A DNA stretch of 64,000 nt from an uncultured Gammaproteobacteria bacterium (GTDB lineage Bacteria; Patescibacteriota; Microgenomatia; UBA10105; UBA927), in assembly GCA_964629685.1 (NCBI GenBank), contig CAZVTT010000004.1, forward strand, positions 76-64,075, written 5' to 3'. Each line of letters opens with the position of its first letter. Positions within the stretch are counted from its first letter, which is position 1. Under the pieces are notes generated by a model. That model was not told where the DNA came from, ran no database searches, and saw nothing but the letters and a program-made list of their open reading frames with translations. Position numbers and translations under genes: made by a program. This document shows, one piece after another, positions 10,081 to 20,203 of this stretch.

Positions 10081-12351
10081 ATGAAGAAGAAATTTGTGGA
10101 ATGGTTTCATGATGTCGATAAAGACGATATAAACAGTGTGGGTGGTAAAGGAGCAAATCTCGGAGAAATGACGCAGGCAGGATTCCCCGTACCACCAGGA
10201 TTTATCATTACATCATGGGCATATTTTCACTTTCTGGAAGTGGATAAACTCAAAACCCGCATTCATGAATTGTTAGAACACCTGGACGTAAACGACAGCG
10301 ATAAACTGGAAGAAGCAGCTGAAAAAGTTCAGAAACTCATTATTCATGCTCGTTTTCCCGAAGACATTGCCAAAGAGGTACTTCATGCATATTTCACCAT
10401 GGAAGGCGGCTTAAAAGAACCGGTTGTTGCAGTACGTTCATCCGCAACTGCAGAAGACTTACCCGGAGCGTCTTTCGCCGGTCAACAATCTACCTATCTT
10501 AACGTCCACGGGGAGGCTAACGTAATAGAGAAAGTAAAGGAGGCCTGGGCCTCGCTGTTTAATGCACGGGCTATTTTTTACCGTGCCACCAATCATTTCG
10601 ACCATTTTAAAGTAGGCATTGCCGTTCCGGTTCAAAAAATGATTGAGTCGGAAATGTCGGGCATTATGTTTACACTTGATCCCGTTACCAACGACAAGCA
10701 CAAAGTAGTTATTGAAGCCATATACGGATTAGGAGAAATGATCGTTCAGGGTGCAGTAACACCTGATCATTACGAAGTAGACAAAAAAACGGACACAATT
10801 ACCAATAAACAGGTACATACCCAGGAAAAAGTAATGGTAAAACGCGGAGAAGGAAATATCGTAAAAGCCATAGAAAAACACGAAGGCAGTAAGCAGAAAT
10901 TAAGCGATGAACAAGTAATAGCCTTAGCCAAAATAGGAAAAAAATTGGAACATCATTATTATTTCCCTCAGGATAGCGAATGGGCTATCGAAAAAAATCA
11001 GATATATATTGTTCAGACAAGACCGGTCACCACTATCGGAAAAGAATCGCACGACAAGCAACACATTATGGCCAAAAAAGAAGTACTGCTGAAGGGTGAC
11101 CCTGCCAGTCCGGGAATGGCCTCCGGTGTCGTTAAAAAATTAAGCAGTGCCAAAGAAATTCATAAAATAAACGCAGGGGACGTTTTGGTTGCCGAGCAGA
11201 CAAATCCTGATTTCGTGCCGGCTATGCGCAAAGCAGTTGCCATTGTTACTGAACGTGGGGGAAGAACTTCTCATGCCGCCATAGTTTCCAGAGAACTGGG
11301 AATTCCGGCGGTAGTTGGGACAGCCGGGGCGCTTAAAGAGTTAAAGGATCATATGGTCATTACCGTAAACGGATCCACCGGAGAAATTTACAAAGGGGCT
11401 GTTATCGAACCGAAACATCCCAGTGCTTCTCCGCTTAATACCGCACCTGCGAGAAAAACAGCTACCAAAGTATATGTAAATTTGGCTGAACCAAGCAGGG
11501 CGGAAGCGGTTTCGAAAATGAATGCGGATGGTGTGGGATTATTGCGGGCGGAATTTATGATTGCGGATATAGGAACACATCCCCGTAAATTAATAGAAGA
11601 GCATAAGCAGAAAGTGTTTATCGAAAATCTCGCCAATAATATTGAAACCTTCTGCAAGGCGTTTTCTCCCAGACCGGTTGTTTACCGGGCTACCGATTTT
11701 AAAACAAATGAATACCGCAATCTTAAAGGCGGTGCAAAGTATGAGCCCGAAGAACCTAATCCCATGCTGGGTTTCCGGGGTGCTGCCCGCTATATTTCCG
11801 ATGACCGCGTTTTTGAAATGGAACTGGAAGCCATAAAAATGGTACGGAATAAAATGGATTTAAAAAACCTGTGGCTCATGATTCCATTTGTACGCAATCC
11901 GAAAGAGTTACTTGACGTAAAAAAAATAGTTGCGGCAAATGGTTTATTACGGTCCGGAACGTTTAAATTATGGATGATGTGCGAAATACCTACGAATGTC
12001 ATTAGCTTAGAAGCATTTCTGGATGTCGGAATCGACGGAATATCCATCGGTTCAAACGATTTAACCATGCTTATGCTCGGTACCGATAGGGATAACAGTG
12101 AAGTCGCTCATGACTTCTCCGAATTGGATCCCTCCGTACTTTGGGCATTCGAAAGGGTCATCCGTACCTGCAGTAAGCGGGGGGTTACCTGTTCCATGTG
12201 CGGACAAGCCCCCTCCGATTATCCTGATTTGGTTGATAAGTTGGTAGAATGGGGTATAACAAGTGTATCCGTTAATCCGGATGCTATTGCGCATGTCCGG
12301 GAAACAGTGGCAAACGCGGAAGAAAAATTGGTAAAGACAAAGCATCTGTAA
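10081..12351 (+). CDS. ppsA: Phosphoenolpyruvate synthase (pyruvate, water dikinase)
   Basis: VGGKGANLGEM, RSSATAED, phospho-His motif GGRTSHAAIVSRE, ISIGSNDLT. Confidence 0.95.
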   Translation: MKKKFVEWFHDVDKDDINSVGGKGANLGEMTQAGFPVPPGFIITSWAYFHFLEVDKLKTRIHELLEHLDVNDSDKLEEAAEKVQKLIIHARFPEDIAKEVLHAYFTMEGGLKEPVVAVRSSATAEDLPGASFAGQQSTYLNVHGEANVIEKVKEAWASLFNARAIFYRATNHFDHFKVGIAVPVQKMIESEMSGIMFTLDPVTNDKHKVVIEAIYGLGEMIVQGAVTPDHYEVDKKTDTITNKQVHTQEKVMVKRGEGNIVKAIEKHEGSKQKLSDEQVIALAKIGKKLEHHYYFPQDSEWAIEKNQIYIVQTRPVTTIGKESHDKQHIMAKKEVLLKGDPASPGMASGVVKKLSSAKEIHKINAGDVLVAEQTNPDFVPAMRKAVAIVTERGGRTSHAAIVSRELGIPAVVGTAGALKELKDHMVITVNGSTGEIYKGAVIEPKHPSASPLNTAPARKTATKVYVNLAEPSRAEAVSKMNADGVGLLRAEFMIADIGTHPRKLIEEHKQKVFIENLANNIETFCKAFSPRPVVYRATDFKTNEYRNLKGGAKYEPEEPNPMLGFRGAARYISDDRVFEMELEAIKMVRNKMDLKNLWLMIPFVRNPKELLDVKKIVAANGLLRSGTFKLWMMCEIPTNVISLEAFLDVGIDGISIGSNDLTMLMLGTDRDNSEVAHDFSELDPSVLWAFERVIRTCSKRGVTCSMCGQAPSDYPDLVDKLVEWGITSVSVNPDAIAHVRETVANAEEKLVKTKHL

Positions 12352-12384
12352 GGAGGCTGTAGTTCTGTCCGGACAGTGTATGCC

Positions 12385-13662
12385 ATGAATCCTAGTTCAA
12401 AAATTTATACTGCAATTGCCCGCGAGATATTAGATTCTCGAGGTATTCCCACAGTAGAAACAACAGTTATTCTTGAAAGCGGGTATAGGGGTACCGCTTC
12501 AGTACCGGCCGGAGCAATCCGCGGTAAATACGAAGCGGTAGAATTGCGGGATGAGGATAAAAAAAGATATAACGGAATGGGCGTACTGAAAGCCGTAAAT
12601 AACGTTAATACCGTAATCGGTCCGAAGTTAAAAGGATTGGACGCCCTGAATCAGAAAGCGGTTGATCAGGCAATGCTTGCCTTGGACGGAACCCCAAACA
12701 AAGAAGTAATGGGAGCAAACGCCATACTCAGTGTTTCTCAGGCTACTGCTGTAGCCGCCGCCGCACATACACGACAGCCTCTTTATCTGTATCTGAATCA
12801 ATTGGCCAGCGCAACCATGCCTACGAAAATAGAGCGCATGCCCACACCGACATTAAACCTGATTAACGGCGGATTGCATGGGGCGGGAAATCTGGATTTC
12901 CAGGAATTTCATGTGGTACCGGCAACCAATAAGCCATACCACTTAGCACTCGAAATGGGTGAGGAAATTTACCAGTCGGTAAAACAGATTCTCGTATATC
13001 GAAATGCCATTCATTCGGTGGGAGACGAGGGTGGATTTGCCCCCAATCTCTTTACTAATCTGGACGCGTTAGAAGTACTGACCGAAGCGATTCGGGCTAC
13101 ACATTATCGAATTGGGGTTGATGTGTTTCTGGGACTGGATGTAGCGGCAACACATTTTAAAAAACAAAGCGGATATGAAATCAAAGATCGACCAACCGCA
13201 TTCAATTCTCATGAATTTGTAGCATATCTGAAAGAACTCCATGCAAAATACAGATTATTACTTTTAGAAGATCCGTTGGAAGAAGACGACTGGTCCGGAT
13301 GGACGGAACTCGTAAAAGAACTCGGACAGGAAGTGCTTATCGTAGGAGATGATTTACTGGCAACAAACCTTCAGCGATTACAAAAAGCCATTCAGGAAAA
13401 AGCGTGTTCAGCGATATTATTAAAACCAAATCAATCGGGTACCATGACGGAGTTTTTCGATGTAGTAACCGCAGCCAAGAAGCATGACATCAGGTGCATT
13501 ACATCTCACCGGAGCGGTGAAACGAATGACACGTTCATAGCGGATTTAGCTGTCGCAATTCAATCGGATTACGTAAAATTTGGTGCACCCGCGCGCGGAG
13601 AACGCGTTGCAAAGTATAACCGGTTGTTACAGATCGAAGCGGAATTATTCCCGCAACGGTAA
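12385..13662 (+). CDS. eno: Enolase (atypical loop 1)
   Basis: AREILDSRG, GDEGG, LLEDP, VGDDL, KPNQ, SHRSGET, ERVAKYN. Confidence 0.93.
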   Translation: MNPSSKIYTAIAREILDSRGIPTVETTVILESGYRGTASVPAGAIRGKYEAVELRDEDKKRYNGMGVLKAVNNVNTVIGPKLKGLDALNQKAVDQAMLALDGTPNKEVMGANAILSVSQATAVAAAAHTRQPLYLYLNQLASATMPTKIERMPTPTLNLINGGLHGAGNLDFQEFHVVPATNKPYHLALEMGEEIYQSVKQILVYRNAIHSVGDEGGFAPNLFTNLDALEVLTEAIRATHYRIGVDVFLGLDVAATHFKKQSGYEIKDRPTAFNSHEFVAYLKELHAKYRLLLLEDPLEEDDWSGWTELVKELGQEVLIVGDDLLATNLQRLQKAIQEKACSAILLKPNQSGTMTEFFDVVTAAKKHDIRCITSHRSGETNDTFIADLAVAIQSDYVKFGAPARGERVAKYNRLLQIEAELFPQR

Positions 13663-13685
13663 TTCGTACCAGAATAGTCCTGCCT

Positions 13686-15332
13686 ATGATGAAACCTATC
13701 GTATTGATCGTTATGGATGGTTGGGGTATTGCCCCTCCCGGGCCAGGTAATGCCATATCATTGGCAAAAATAACCAACGTACCACGGTACTGGATTTCCT
13801 ACCCGCATACCCAAGTATCAGCATCAGGAGAAGCCGTGGGACTTCCTAACGGTGAAGACGGGAATACGGAAACAGGTCATATAAACTTAGGCGCTGGAAG
13901 AGTAGTTTATCAGGATTTACCCCGTATAAATTTAGCAATTGCAGACGGCAGTTTTTTCCGCAACGAAGCGTTGCTCAGTGCGCTGAAATACGCGGCTTCA
14001 CACAATAGTAATCTGCATATCATGGGACTTATCGGAGACGGCGGAGTACATTCAAGCAAAGAACATCTCCATGCACTTCTGGCCATGGTAAAACAAACGA
14101 ATATCTGTCCGAATGTTTACCTCCATTTATTTACCGACGGTCGGGATAGTCCGCCTAAGGCGGGAAGCCGTTTCGTAGCGGAAACGGAAGCCAAGTGTAA
14201 CGAACTGGGAGTAGGTAAAATTGCCACGGTCATGGGGAGATATTATGCCATGGATAGGGATCGCAGGTGGGAAAGAACGGAGAAAGCATATGTAGCTCTT
14301 ACCCAACAGATAGACAGAGCAGCTCCTTCGGCCAGTGCTGCAGTAGAGAAAGGGTATGCGGAAGGAAAAACAGACGAATTTATTGAACCGACACTCGTAC
14401 TTGACCCATCAGGAAAACCGTACCCGCGCATCGCTAACTATGATGCAGTAATATTCTTTAATTTCAGAATAGACCGTCCCCGTCAGATTACCAAGGCTTT
14501 CGTGTTACAGGATTTTGAAACCCATTCTACCGAAACCGCTTTTGATCCGTATGCGGTAAAGTATTACCACAAACATCTGGTGGAAGCAGACAGCCGTTTG
14601 ACCCCGTTTACCAGAAAAGTAATCCTACCGGATATTTTTTTTGTGACCATGACGGAATACGAACGGAATCTACCCTGTGTAATCGCATACCCTCCACAGC
14701 CGGTAAAATCCCCCCTGGGTAGTATATTTGCCGATCTCGGACACCGGCAACTAAGAATGGCAGAAACGGAAAAAGAACGATTTGTAACGTATTATTTTAA
14801 CGGTATGCGGGAAGTACCTTTTCCCGGAGAAGACCGCCTGATAGTACCGTCTGCCAAAGTCGCGACATATGACCTTAAACCCGAAATGTCCGCCGTCGAG
14901 TTAACAGACAAGCTGATAGACAGGGTATCCATCGGGGTGTACTCATTTATTCTTATTAATTTTGCAAATGCCGACATGGTCGGGCACACCGGGAACATTC
15001 CCGCAGCGGTTAAAGCGGTAGAAACGCTTGATGCCTGCATCGGACGCGTTATCAGCGCAGTTATGTCGATCGGAGGCACTTGCGTCATAACCGCAGACCA
15101 TGGTAACGTAGAAGAAATGCTGGGTCCGAATGGTGAAATGGACACCGAGCATTCGACGTTTCCCGTACCACTCATGATCATTGATCACGCTTTCGATAAT
15201 TACCCCCAAATACTTCCTTCCGGGAAGCTAGCAGATATTGCTCCTACCATCCTCGCCTTACGAAAAATTCCAATACCTCCCACAATGACAGGGAGAAATT
15301 TATTAATCGACGCAATGCCGAGAGGAGGATAG
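13686..15332 (+). CDS. gpmI: 2,3-bisphosphoglycerate-independent phosphoglycerate mutase
   Basis: MDGWG, DGRD, GRYYAMDRD, AETEK, NADMVGHTG, TADHGN. Confidence 0.93.
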   Translation: MMKPIVLIVMDGWGIAPPGPGNAISLAKITNVPRYWISYPHTQVSASGEAVGLPNGEDGNTETGHINLGAGRVVYQDLPRINLAIADGSFFRNEALLSALKYAASHNSNLHIMGLIGDGGVHSSKEHLHALLAMVKQTNICPNVYLHLFTDGRDSPPKAGSRFVAETEAKCNELGVGKIATVMGRYYAMDRDRRWERTEKAYVALTQQIDRAAPSASAAVEKGYAEGKTDEFIEPTLVLDPSGKPYPRIANYDAVIFFNFRIDRPRQITKAFVLQDFETHSTETAFDPYAVKYYHKHLVEADSRLTPFTRKVILPDIFFVTMTEYERNLPCVIAYPPQPVKSPLGSIFADLGHRQLRMAETEKERFVTYYFNGMREVPFPGEDRLIVPSAKVATYDLKPEMSAVELTDKLIDRVSIGVYSFILINFANADMVGHTGNIPAAVKAVETLDACIGRVISAVMSIGGTCVITADHGNVEEMLGPNGEMDTEHSTFPVPLMIIDHAFDNYPQILPSGKLADIAPTILALRKIPIPPTMTGRNLLIDAMPRGG

Positions 15333-15334
15333 TT

Positions 15335-16441
15335 ATGAAAGTTACTATTTCCGTAATTAAAGCCGATACGGGCTCAGTGGGTGGTCATAATAAACCGAGT
15401 GATGCAATGGTAGCCAAAGCTAAAGAGCAGATAGCCGGTGCAATTCAAAACGGTATGCTCACTGACGGTCGGGTTACCTTTACCGGTGATGACATCGCCT
15501 TACTCATGGTTCACACGAAAGGGGTAGATAATCCCGACATCCATAAGTTTGCCTGGGATACATTTGTGGAGACCACAAAAATAGCCAAGTCTCAGGGACT
15601 CTATGGCGCCGGCCAAGACCTTTTAAAAGACGCATTTTCCGGCAATGTGCGCGGAATGGGTCCGGGATCAGCCGAAATTGAATTGGAAGAACGGCCAGCC
15701 GAACCGTTTATGGTGTTTGCGGCCGATAAATGCGGCCCTGGTGTATTTAATTACCCTTTGTTCGAAGCATTCGCCAGTCCCTATCACAACGCAGGACTAT
15801 TATTGGCACCGGAAATGAACGCCGGATTTACGTTTACCATCATGGATGTAAATAACACGGATGCCGATAGGGTCATAACCCTTAAAGTGCCGCAGGATTA
15901 TTATGACCTGTGTACTTTATTACGCGATCCGAATCATTATGTGATTGAAAGTGTCGTGGAAAATGCTACCGGACTGACCGCCTCGGTCGCATCTACCAGC
16001 CGGCTGCACAATATTTCCGGCAAATATGTCGGAAAAGACGATCCGGTGGCTATTGTCCGAACACAAAAGCAATTTCCTTCTACCGGAGAAATATTGTCAC
16101 CCTGGGCTTTAGCACATTACACACTGGGTGATAATCGGGGATCACATCATGTCGCAGTTATGCCGGTAAAACAAAATACGATCATTTCCTATTTTGACGG
16201 TCCGACAATAGTTTCTGCGGCCGGATATTGTGTACACGAAGGAAAACTTACGGAAGCCGTAGATTACTTTGATCAGCCATTCTGGGACGTGATTAGGGAA
16301 AAAGCTTCACTGAAAACGCTGGAAATGCGTGCACAAGGCTTTTACGGACCAAGCATGGCAGGTATGGACGAGCTTGAATACACCGGAGTTATGAAAAACT
16401 TAGAAAGACTAAATGAAAAATTTCAGGTTCGAGGTAAATAA
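15335..16441 (+). CDS. fbp: Bifunctional fructose-1,6-bisphosphate aldolase/phosphatase (class V FBPase)
   Basis: SVIKAD, GDDI, GLYGAGQDLLKDAFSGNVRGMGPG, YVGKDDP (Schiff-base Lys), ELEYT. Confidence 0.93.
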   Translation: MKVTISVIKADTGSVGGHNKPSDAMVAKAKEQIAGAIQNGMLTDGRVTFTGDDIALLMVHTKGVDNPDIHKFAWDTFVETTKIAKSQGLYGAGQDLLKDAFSGNVRGMGPGSAEIELEERPAEPFMVFAADKCGPGVFNYPLFEAFASPYHNAGLLLAPEMNAGFTFTIMDVNNTDADRVITLKVPQDYYDLCTLLRDPNHYVIESVVENATGLTASVASTSRLHNISGKYVGKDDPVAIVRTQKQFPSTGEILSPWALAHYTLGDNRGSHHVAVMPVKQNTIISYFDGPTIVSAAGYCVHEGKLTEAVDYFDQPFWDVIREKASLKTLEMRAQGFYGPSMAGMDELEYTGVMKNLERLNEKFQVRGK

Positions 16442-16443
16442 TT

Positions 16444-18177
16444 ATGAATGCACCAGTTGAAACAATTACCAAAGATCTTTCCAAGCTTAAGGTAGCACCA
16501 TTTTTGTCAGATTACGCCAAAACAGCTGACAGTGCTCCCTGGGAAGGTATAAAAGGCGAGTTGTCATGGTTTGACGACGGGGGCGTAAATCTGGCGTTCA
16601 ACGCCGTTGACCGGCATGTAGGCACCCCTACTGAACAGAAAACTGCATTAATTTGGGAAGGCGATAATGGAAATACTTCCCACTACACGTTCGGTGAGTT
16701 GTCCAGGCTCTCCAACCAATATGCAAATTTCCTGACATCGCTCGGTATTCAAAAGGGTGATAGGGTATTCCTTTTTCTGCCCCGCATACCGGTTATGTAT
16801 GCGGCATTTTTAGGAACACTCAAAACTGGTGCGGTGGCAGGAACCATGTTTAGCGCATTCCAGGAACAGGCACTTTTTGACCGTTTGGAAAATAGCGGAG
16901 CAAAGGTATTGTTTACTACCAAGGAACTCTTCGAACGGGTATCTAAAGTGAAGGATAAACTTCCTAACCTAAAAGAAATCTGTATCGTGGACAGTCCGGA
17001 ATTTCTCGGCGGAATAGCTAAACAATCGGAACAATTTGCCTGTGTACACACCAAACCTGAGGATTATTCCTTTATGCTCTATACGTCAGGTACCACCGGA
17101 AAACCGAAAGGGGTTGTGCATAGACACCAGGATATTTATCACCAATACCTTACAACAAAATGGGTACTGGATTTACATCCGGATGATATTTACTGGTGCA
17201 CTGCAGATCCAGGCTGGGTAACCGGAATCGTTTACGGAATTTTGGGTCCCTGGATGCACGGGGTCACTATGGTGGTACACGCCGGACGATTTGATCCGGA
17301 AGTATGGTACGGAATACTGGAAAAATACAAAGTAACAGTGTGGTACACAGCCCCCACGGCAGTTCGCATGCTAATGGCCAAGGGAGACGAGGCAGTAAAG
17401 AACCATAACCTTACAAGTTTACGGCACCTTTGCAGTGTTGGTGAACCGTTAAATCCTGAGGCTATCCGTTGGGGTATGAAAGTATTCGGTCTACCCTTCC
17501 ATGATACGTGGTGGCAGACAGAAACCGGCGGCATGATGATTTGCAATTACGCGGCGTTGGACATAAAAGTCGGCGCAATGGGAAAGCCATTTCCCGGTAT
17601 AGTTGCGGGAATTGTGGATGATGAGGGGAAACCTGTTCCGGACGGCTCAGAGGGTAACCTGGCTTTTAAACCCACCTGGCCTTCGATAATGGCAACCGTT
17701 TGGGAAAACCAAAAAAAATATGATTCATATTTTGTAAACGGTTGGTATATTTCCGGCGACCATGCGTGGAAGGATCCCGATGGATATTTTTGGTTTATCG
17801 GCCGGGCAGATGACGTGATAAAAACGTCAGGTGAACGGGTCGGACCGTTTGAAGTCGAATCAGCTCTGGTTGAGCATCCTGCGGTTGCTGAAGCAGGTGT
17901 AATCGGAAAACCGGATGATGTCAGAGGTGAAATCATTAAAGCCTTTGTGGTTTTACGTGATCCTAAGAAATACGCCAATGAAGATGCCAAAAATCAGCTT
18001 ATTGCCGAACTCCAGGAGCATGTCAAAAAACATTTGGCAGGACATGCGTATCCGCGGGAGATAGGGTTTATCGACAAACTTCCAAAAACCCGTTCCGGCA
18101 AAATAATGCGGCGGATTCTGAAGGCACAGGAACTCGGACAACCGATAGGAGATACGTCCACATTGGAAGAATACTAG
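16444..18177 (+). CDS. acsA: Acetyl-CoA synthetase (acetate-CoA ligase)
   Basis: YTSGTTGKPKG, WCTADPGWVTG, DTWWQTETG, LPKTRSGKIMRR, GDTSTLE. Confidence 0.93.
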   Translation: MNAPVETITKDLSKLKVAPFLSDYAKTADSAPWEGIKGELSWFDDGGVNLAFNAVDRHVGTPTEQKTALIWEGDNGNTSHYTFGELSRLSNQYANFLTSLGIQKGDRVFLFLPRIPVMYAAFLGTLKTGAVAGTMFSAFQEQALFDRLENSGAKVLFTTKELFERVSKVKDKLPNLKEICIVDSPEFLGGIAKQSEQFACVHTKPEDYSFMLYTSGTTGKPKGVVHRHQDIYHQYLTTKWVLDLHPDDIYWCTADPGWVTGIVYGILGPWMHGVTMVVHAGRFDPEVWYGILEKYKVTVWYTAPTAVRMLMAKGDEAVKNHNLTSLRHLCSVGEPLNPEAIRWGMKVFGLPFHDTWWQTETGGMMICNYAALDIKVGAMGKPFPGIVAGIVDDEGKPVPDGSEGNLAFKPTWPSIMATVWENQKKYDSYFVNGWYISGDHAWKDPDGYFWFIGRADDVIKTSGERVGPFEVESALVEHPAVAEAGVIGKPDDVRGEIIKAFVVLRDPKKYANEDAKNQLIAELQEHVKKHLAGHAYPREIGFIDKLPKTRSGKIMRRILKAQELGQPIGDTSTLEEY

Positions 18178-18195
18178 TCCCGTAGTCAAAACGAC

Positions 18196-18230
18196 GCCCC
18201 GGAAAGTAATCTGATGATTCTTCCCGGGGC
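18196..18230. terminator. GC-rich hairpin between convergent genes (probable terminator)
   Basis: GCCCCGG...CCGGGGC stem; followed by GTCGTTTT on the minus strand. Confidence 0.55.
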
Positions 18231-18264
18231 ATGTAGCCCGAGCATACGTCAGCCACTGGACGAT

Positions 18265-18624
18265 TTAGGTACTTATCGCGGACATTCCGTATTCGAGTAT
18301 TGTTCCACCCCCGACCAGCCATCCGACGCTGAACAGGAATAAAATACCCCAATCGGAATTACGGAACACAATCAATCCCAACCATAGCACTACCGGCATA
18401 AGGATTACCGTTGCCAGTCCGACGGTTAATACATGATTATCAGAAACACCCCGCAGGCGGGTAGCTGTTTGCGTAGCCCCGTAGACAGCTCCGGCAACAA
18501 TCAACACTACCACCACCCACAGAGGTGAAACCGACCCACCGACCAACCAGATACTGGCGAGCGATACTGCCGATGCCAGCAAAGCTGCCAGTATGAGGAA
18601 TACTATCCTTTGCGTATTGGACAT
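18265..18624 (-). CDS. Small hypothetical membrane protein (about 4 TM)
   Basis: 119 aa, four hydrophobic segments, RBS GGAGG. Confidence 0.7.
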   Translation of the reverse strand: MSNTQRIVFLILAALLASAVSLASIWLVGGSVSPLWVVVVLIVAGAVYGATQTATRLRGVSDNHVLTVGLATVILMPVVLWLGLIVFRNSDWGILFLFSVGWLVGGGTILEYGMSAIST

Positions 18625-18752
18625 ACCGTTTCCTCCGTTGCTTTATTCCTGGGCTGACGTATAAAAGAGCTGAAATCCTGATGCGTACGCTTCAATGCGG
18701 TCATCGATGCACGCGGCTATAGTATAAAAGATATCGGAAAAGGGAGGAAGCG

Positions 18753-19466
18753 TTAAGAATTTAGTCTAAACAGCAGCACAAATTCGCCTTTAGGTTCGAC
18801 ATAACGCTTTAGTGCTTCGGAAATACTGCCCCGCCATATTTCTTCATGAATTTTAGTAAGTTCGCGGGCTATCACAATTTCGCTGTTACCTAACTCTGAC
18901 TGCATATCCGCAAGGGTCTGCAGCAGTTTGTACGGCGATACATAACATATATACGTAGGGGAAATATGAGGTTCAATCAATTTAAGCTTTGCAAAAAATT
19001 TTAGCCGGTGCGAGGGTTTTTCCGGAGGAAACCCAAGAAACATCCAATTCGTCGCCGGTAAGCCTGATGCCGTTAACGCCGTTAATACGGCGGATGCTCC
19101 GGGGATACTTACCACCCGTATTCCCCGTTTCAGTGATTCCCGGATTAACAAGAATCCGGGGTCAGCAATAGCAGGTGTACCCGCATCCGTAACGAGAGCG
19201 ATGGATTGCCCCCGCTGTAATCTATCGATAAGTTCAGGCACGACGGTGAGCTCCACATGATCGTCGTACCGGATAAACATATCTTCTTCCGGCTTATCTA
19301 TTCCTAAAAACCCGTCGAACCGCTCGTGTAAGCCCGCCAGGAGCTGACCCGTATGTCGCGTATCTTCACAGGCTATTACATCTACGCTAAACAACGTTTT
19401 TACCGCGCGCAGCGTTATATCTTCCAAATTTCCGATCGGAGTTGACACACAATAAAGCGTTCCCAT
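18753..19466 (-). CDS. rsmI: 16S rRNA C1402 2'-O-methyltransferase
   Basis: GTLYCVSTPIGNLEDITLRA, CEDTR, DAGTP, ARELTKIHEE; start moved to MGTL. Confidence 0.93.
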   Translation of the reverse strand: MGTLYCVSTPIGNLEDITLRAVKTLFSVDVIACEDTRHTGQLLAGLHERFDGFLGIDKPEEDMFIRYDDHVELTVVPELIDRLQRGQSIALVTDAGTPAIADPGFLLIRESLKRGIRVVSIPGASAVLTALTASGLPATNWMFLGFPPEKPSHRLKFFAKLKLIEPHISPTYICYVSPYKLLQTLADMQSELGNSEIVIARELTKIHEEIWRGSISEALKRYVEPKGEFVLLFRLNS

Positions 19467-19519
19467 ACAATAATATTCATTATTATAGCGCATATTCATG
19501 CGCATGTTTTTTTTATACT

Positions 19520-20200
19520 ATGCTAGGACTTGAAGTATTTTTAAAACCGGAATTGCTGATACATTCTTTAGGATTGGTAGGCGTATTCGCCGTAATATTC
19601 GCGGAATCGGGATTATTTTTCGGATTTTTCCTCCCCGGTGACAGTTTGTTGTTTACCGCAGGAGTATTTGCTTCACAGGGACTCATATCATTTCCCGCGC
19701 TCATGGTGGCTACATTTGTTGCTGCTGTTCTGGGTGATAATGTCGGGTACTGGTTTGGTCATACGGTTGGAGAAAAGATATTTGAACGGGAAAGTTCACG
19801 TTTTTTCAAAAAACATCATCTGGAAGAAGCAAAACGCTTTTATGAAACAAATGGAAATAAAACCATAGTCATGGCCCGTTTCGTCCCGTTTGTGCGTACC
19901 TTCGCTCCAATTGTGGCCGGTGCCGCGAAAATGCCGTACCACACATTTATGATGTATAACATCATAGGTGGTCTTCTCTGGGCAGTAGGATTATCCGCGA
20001 TGGGATACTTTCTGGGTAACATCCCGTTCGTAAAACACAATTATGAAATCGTTATTCTCTTAATAGTCGTCGGCTCCATTCTTCCCGTTGTCTGGCACTT
20101 TATGAAAGATGAAGAAAAACGTAAAGCGTTACATCACAAAATCCGTCACCTTCACCACAGACTCCGGGGAAAAAAGATTACCCAGGAATCCGATAAATAA
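19520..20200 (+). CDS. dedA: DedA family membrane protein
   Basis: FAESGL, LPGDSLLF, GDNVGY, ARFVPFVRTFAP. Confidence 0.92.
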   Translation: MLGLEVFLKPELLIHSLGLVGVFAVIFAESGLFFGFFLPGDSLLFTAGVFASQGLISFPALMVATFVAAVLGDNVGYWFGHTVGEKIFERESSRFFKKHHLEEAKRFYETNGNKTIVMARFVPFVRTFAPIVAGAAKMPYHTFMMYNIIGGLLWAVGLSAMGYFLGNIPFVKHNYEIVILLIVVGSILPVVWHFMKDEEKRKALHHKIRHLHHRLRGKKITQESDK

Positions 20201-20203
20201 CGT

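Noticed and set aside
12365-12376. CTGTCCGGACAG palindrome between ppsA and eno
   Set aside because: It is short, single-copy and built around the very frequent TCCGGA word; no function can be supported.
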